Shown one piece after another: positions 16,371 to 20,000 of a stretch of DNA of 20,000 bases. The stretch's first letter is position 1. Every line of letters starts with the position of its first letter. Source of the DNA: an uncultured bacterium (GTDB lineage Bacteria; UBP4; UBA4092); the NCBI GenBank assembly GCA_964644695.1, contig CAZXWN010000015.1, positions 46,724 through 66,723 of the forward strand, given 5' to 3'. Both the position numbers and the translations under genes were made by a program. The notes under the pieces are model-generated. The model saw only the letters and a program-made list of their open reading frames with translations. It was not told the origin of the DNA and made no database searches.

Positions 16371-18341
16371 TTATTTCTTTTTATTTTGATATTCGATGAT
16401 AATACTTTCCAGCCAGTCAAACAGCCGGTCATACTCAACCAGAAGCACATCGACCAGGGGCCGTTTATTATAACGAAGCCATAAATGTTCGAAATCATTT
16501 TTAATTCGCTGTAATAAGTGTTGCTGTTCCCTCAGCGAGTGGATAAAGGCGGCCAGTTCCCGGTTACAAACTTCGGTATTGATTGAAGTGTCCGACAGGA
16601 GTTGATCCAGTTTTTCTTTCCGGGGGATGTATAAAATCCGTTCCGATAACAGTCTGGCGCGCAGCAGGGTCATTTGGAAGATGTCCAGATGGTCCTGATG
16701 ACGGGTAACGGCTTGATCTGCCTTCGCCAGCAGGGATTCACCCAGGTGATACTGTTCCATTAATCGTGATGCCAGTTTGTCTCTGTCTGTGATGAGTTTT
16801 GTACATTGCTCGTTAAATCCATCACGCCAGATAGAAATAGCAGTGGTCGCATAATAGAATTTGAAATCATGATTCAGGTCGCCCAGCAGGTGGGTCAACT
16901 GAACAGGAGTGGAGTCTTTTGCTCCATAAAACACCTGGGCAAAATGGGTATCCCAATGGTCTGGGATATCCCGGTCAGGATTCCATCCGGTTTCAGCTGA
17001 CAGGGCGTAGAGGTACAAGTTACTTTCCCGGAGGGATTCGCCGCCGAAGTCCGCCCAGGCGGATTGGATCATCCCCAGAGCCCCTTTTTTATATCCCTGT
17101 CGGACCAGTTTGAGGTTTGATAATGCTTCTTCAATATCGGGGAAGATTCGCCCCCAGCAGTGGACACCGGGACTGACGATTTGTTTAAATCCCCACTGGT
17201 TGAAAGAATCGACCCGGTCATAATTTTCCCGGGGGATATAATCCCAGTTCACCATTACGATGTCTTTGGGTAATTTGTCTTTTAAGTCAGGGTAGGCGGA
17301 CTCAAACAACATATCCCCATACATCCAGCAGGTTTTTCCGTATTTATTCAGGATCTGCCGGACTCTCCGGACATGCTGGGCAAAGACTCCATCAATCCCA
17401 ATTTCAGAAGCGAGGGCTTTTGACCGGTGATGGCCTAAATCAGCAGTTTCATCACACCCGATACAAAAATTAGAGCTGGGGAATACCTCCACCAGTTCCC
17501 GGATACAATGGTCCAGGAAAAGATAGGTCTCCTCATTACCGGGGAAGAAACTCCAGGGATTATCCGGCCGTTCTGCCAGTTTCAGGTTTTCGGAATATTT
17601 CAACATTCGGTCCTGATGCCCCAGACATTCAAAAACAGGAATGATGTCCACAAAATAGTCTTTGGCATAAGCGACGAGTTCCCGGACTTCCGATTTGGTC
17701 AAACGGCCCCGGTTTTCTCCCAGCCAGGGATAAGTTTCCCACTCGAACATATCTTCAATGTAGGGCAGGTAGGCGTTCATCTTAAATTCAGCTAATTGGC
17801 GGATGATGTTTTTGAAATCTTCCAGGGTGGAGATTTGTCCGCGGGATATATCATCAGAAAGTCCCCGTAATGCCATCAAGGGCCAATCCCGAATGGTCAC
17901 AGCGGAAAATTCCAGGGGTTCATGGAGAGTATCCAGCCATTGCAGGAAACTTTGGGTCCCGTAAAAAACGCCCCGTTCGGTCTCTGCCGCAATCAATATC
18001 TGATTATTCCCGACATGGAGAAGATATCCCTCATCTCCGGTTTTTAATTCAAGTTCCAGTTTGGATTCACGGAGCGCATCTCTGAGCATTTTGAATTGAT
18101 AAGGGATACCCAGGATAATTTCAACCGGAGTTGTCGGGGGCTCATTCTCTATCTTCAGGGGGTTGGCCGTTCCCCCGGTCATAAACTGAATTTTATCGGA
18201 TATCATCCGGGCACATCGGTGGTAACAGAGGGAAGGGTCCGCATCGTTGATACGAATCGCAGTAGATGAATTGATGGTGACGGTTCCAACTCCCGGAGTG
18301 ATTTCCCGGGGATGGGGAATTATAGGTAAGGATAATGTCAT
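16371..18341 (-). CDS. Glycoside hydrolase family 20 beta-N-acetylhexosaminidase
   Basis: N-terminal zincin-like domain (IIPHP, EGYLL, GVFYGTQS, IRDWP); RGLSDDISRG; LGH; catalytic IGCDE pair; GGA/GAGG SD. Confidence 0.88.
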   Translation of the reverse strand: MTLSLPIIPHPREITPGVGTVTINSSTAIRINDADPSLCYHRCARMISDKIQFMTGGTANPLKIENEPPTTPVEIILGIPYQFKMLRDALRESKLELELKTGDEGYLLHVGNNQILIAAETERGVFYGTQSFLQWLDTLHEPLEFSAVTIRDWPLMALRGLSDDISRGQISTLEDFKNIIRQLAEFKMNAYLPYIEDMFEWETYPWLGENRGRLTKSEVRELVAYAKDYFVDIIPVFECLGHQDRMLKYSENLKLAERPDNPWSFFPGNEETYLFLDHCIRELVEVFPSSNFCIGCDETADLGHHRSKALASEIGIDGVFAQHVRRVRQILNKYGKTCWMYGDMLFESAYPDLKDKLPKDIVMVNWDYIPRENYDRVDSFNQWGFKQIVSPGVHCWGRIFPDIEEALSNLKLVRQGYKKGALGMIQSAWADFGGESLRESNLYLYALSAETGWNPDRDIPDHWDTHFAQVFYGAKDSTPVQLTHLLGDLNHDFKFYYATTAISIWRDGFNEQCTKLITDRDKLASRLMEQYHLGESLLAKADQAVTRHQDHLDIFQMTLLRARLLSERILYIPRKEKLDQLLSDTSINTEVCNRELAAFIHSLREQQHLLQRIKNDFEHLWLRYNKRPLVDVLLVEYDRLFDWLESIIIEYQNKKK

Positions 18342-18378
18342 TTTGTCCTGTCCTCGCTATGGGATGTGCTTTACTGAC

Positions 18379-18407
18379 AATTTACCACGAATCTGACTCC
18401 TATCCAA
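18379..18407 (-). promoter_or_regulatory. Putative sigma70 promoter of the GH20-hisA unit
   Basis: Minus strand TTGGAT-N17-TAAATT, with TG at the extended -10 position. Confidence 0.45.
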
Positions 18408-18443
18408 TACCATACGGAGACCCCTCGAAAAATCCCTTCCTAT

Positions 18444-18487
18444 CGAATCATCCACGGACCATCTCCGAGCAGCTCCGTGGATGATTC
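18444..18487. repeat. Dispersed palindromic element, copy 2
   Basis: Perfect 14-bp inverted arms GAATCATCCACGGA (18445-18458) / TCCGTGGATGATTC (18474-18487); 36/39 identical to 243-281, same orientation. Confidence 0.8.
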
Positions 18488-18537
18488 AGTGAGGATGAGT
18501 AATTGACCTGATAGTTGAATAGGGATAACAAATCTTC

Positions 18538-18566
18538 TTGATTATTGATTATAAAAAGTTTAATAT
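18538..18566 (+). promoter_or_regulatory. Putative sigma70 promoter of the SIR2-TPR gene
   Basis: TTGATT (18538-18543) - N17 - TAATAT (18561-18566); GGAGG SD at 18592-18596. Confidence 0.5.
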
Positions 18567-18600
18567 GTTCGCTAATGAGAACCTATCTATTGGAGGCATT

Positions 18601-20000
18601 ATGGAATGTAGTTTTGGGTCTGTTGTAGAAACAATCAGACATGCTAAAAAGGAAAATGGGGTAACTTTATTAATTGGGTCTGGTTGTTCTGTTACTGCAG
18701 GGATTCCAGCATCCGAAGGAATTATTGAACGGATTAAAAAGACTTTCCCAGAAAAAGCGAAGAAAGCTGAAAGTGAACACTATTCTTCATATATGAAGGT
18801 TTTAGAAGAAAATTTCCGAAATGATTTAATTGCTGAATATATAGAAAACGCTAATCTAAATTGGGCTCATATTGGTATAGCGCAATTAATCAAGGAGGGG
18901 TATGTTACCCGAGTCCTGACTACGAATTTTGATCCGTTGGTTATTCGTGCCTGTGCTTTAGTAAATAAATATCCTGCTGTTTATGATATCCCTTCCATGT
19001 CTAGTTTTGATCTCGAAAGAATTGCTGATCTTTCAGTGCATTATTTACATGGACAGCATACAGGAATGACTCTGGTTCATACGGATGCTGATGATGAGCC
19101 AATCAGGGATATTATTGATTCACTAATTAAAGATTCAATTTCAAAGAAACCGATTATTATTGTGGGATATAGTGGGGATTCTGATCCCGTATTTGAAAGC
19201 CTATGTAAAATTAAAAAGTTTAAAAGTGGTTTATATTGGATATGTTATCAAAAGGAACTTCCTCATCCTAAGGTAAAGTCTGGATTGTTTAATAAAGATA
19301 ACGGTGCTTATTATTGTTTAAACTATGATGCAGACTCCTTTTTTATTAAGTTATCCCGCGAACTGGGAATATTCCCTCCCCAAATCATGAAAAGGCCCTT
19401 TTCTCATTTACTTGAAATATTTGAATCAATTACGGACTTCCCCCTTGAAAAGGATAACACTCCGATACCATTAACTGCATACTACAAACGGATCATAAAA
19501 GATGCAGATGAGAAATATGGTGATTTAGACCAAATTGAGGAGAGTAATAATCCTAATGTGATAGCCATGAAAATGGCCTATTTGTTTGCTTCGGAAAGAT
19601 ATGAGGACATTGTTTTACTGGATTCTAAAATAATTGAGAAATTAAAAGATGATCAGAAGGATTCTTTGATTTGGACATATATTATCTTGGGGAATTCGTT
19701 ATCTGAGCAGGCAAAATGCAAGCAGAGAGAAGAAGCGGACCGATTATATCGAGAGTCCTATGAGAAATATAGGAAGGCCGTAGAGCTTAAACCTGATATG
19801 TATGTAGCCTACTACAACTGGGGAAATGTGTTATCTGAACAAGCCAGTGGCAAGCAGGGAGAGGAAGCGGACCGATTATATCGAGAGTCGTATGAAAAAT
19901 ATGGGAAGGCCGTAAAGCTTAAATCTGATATGTATGTAGCCTACTACAACTGGGGCCTAGCGTTATCTAAACAAGCCAGTAGCAAGCAGGGAGAGGAAGC
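18601..20000 (+). CDS. SIR2-like (sirtuin/NADase) domain protein with C-terminal TPR-like repeats; 3'-truncated, more than 466 aa; candidate anti-phage protein
   Basis: Translated by hand, open from ATG 18601 to the window end: LLIGSGCSVTAGIP, NWAH, VLTTNFD (TTNFD 18919-18933), YLHG (LHG 19045-19053), IVGYSG (GYS 19165-19173), LYWI, DADSFF, then 44-aa repeats YYNWGxxLSxQAxxKQGEEADRLYRESYEKYxKAVxLKxDMYVA. Confidence 0.9.
   Translation, partial: MECSFGSVVETIRHAKKENGVTLLIGSGCSVTAGIPASEGIIERIKKTFPEKAKKAESEHYSSYMKVLEENFRNDLIAEYIENANLNWAHIGIAQLIKEGYVTRVLTTNFDPLVIRACALVNKYPAVYDIPSMSSFDLERIADLSVHYLHGQHTGMTLVHTDADDEPIRDIIDSLIKDSISKKPIIIVGYSGDSDPVFESLCKIKKFKSGLYWICYQKELPHPKVKSGLFNKDNGAYYCLNYDADSFFIKLSRELGIFPPQIMKRPFSHLLEIFESITDFPLEKDNTPIPLTAYYKRIIKDADEKYGDLDQIEESNNPNVIAMKMAYLFASERYEDIVLLDSKIIEKLKDDQKDSLIWTYIILGNSLSEQAKCKQREEADRLYRESYEKYRKAVELKPDMYVAYYNWGNVLSEQASGKQGEEADRLYRESYEKYGKAVKLKSDMYVAYYNWGLALSKQASSKQGEE
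19681..20000 (+). repeat. In-frame 132-bp tandem repeat (44-aa TPR-like units), at least 2.4 copies, continuing beyond the window
   Basis: GAAGCGGACCGATTATATCGAGAGTC occurs at 19732 and 19864. 19732-19868 versus 19864-20000 differ at 12 of 137 nt by hand count. Confidence 0.92.

Noticed and set aside
1375-18085. Short overlapping ORFs in the track (e.g. 1375..1671, 2051..2296, 9075..9485, 11340..11663, 14968..15330, 17508..17795)
   Set aside because: They are antisense or out-of-frame shadows of well-supported genes with no recognisable motifs.
243-18487. The whole block as a mobile element bounded by direct repeats (att sites)
   Set aside because: The cargo is housekeeping, there is no integrase or transposase and no tRNA target; dispersed copies explain the pattern more simply.
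18601-19380. SIR2 ORF as a housekeeping CobB deacylase
   Set aside because: It has TTNFD rather than TQNID, lacks the zinc-binding CxxC pairs and the GIPxFR motif, and is fused to a repeat array.
19681-20000. 132-bp repeats as a DGR template/variable pair
   Set aside because: The repeats are tandem and in frame, the differences are not restricted to adenines of one copy (C/G, C/T, G/A both ways), and no reverse transcriptase is in the window.

Overview
Bacterial chromosomal window, mostly housekeeping, ending in a probable anti-phage gene. In order: the 3' end of a YidE/AspT-type transporter gene; a divergent secreted hypothetical protein; a complete phosphate locus (phoB-phoR-pstSCAB-phoU) with a Pho-box-like tandem upstream of pstS; a NamZ-type exo-muramidase; a DJ-1/PfpI protein whose catalytic Cys is replaced by Asp; folE2; a RACo-like 2Fe-2S/ASKHA activator; a DUF4760-like protein; ogt; a GT2 polyprenol-phosphate glycosyltransferase; a eukaryote-type HisA; and a GH20 hexosaminidase. 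The most notable element is missing from the ORF track because it runs off the window: an AT-rich ORF from 18601 encoding a SIR2-like NADase domain with intact motifs, fused to 44-aa TPR-like repeats. These repeats are encoded by near-identical 132-bp DNA units whose differences are mostly amino-acid-changing, with a hotspot just after the NWG motif, suggesting an immune sensor-effector with a variable sensor array. A ~39-bp hairpin element resembling IS200/IS605 ends or REP elements occurs twice (243-281 and 18444-18482), the second copy just upstream of the SIR2 gene. All calls are from reading the sequence by eye; no searches were run.
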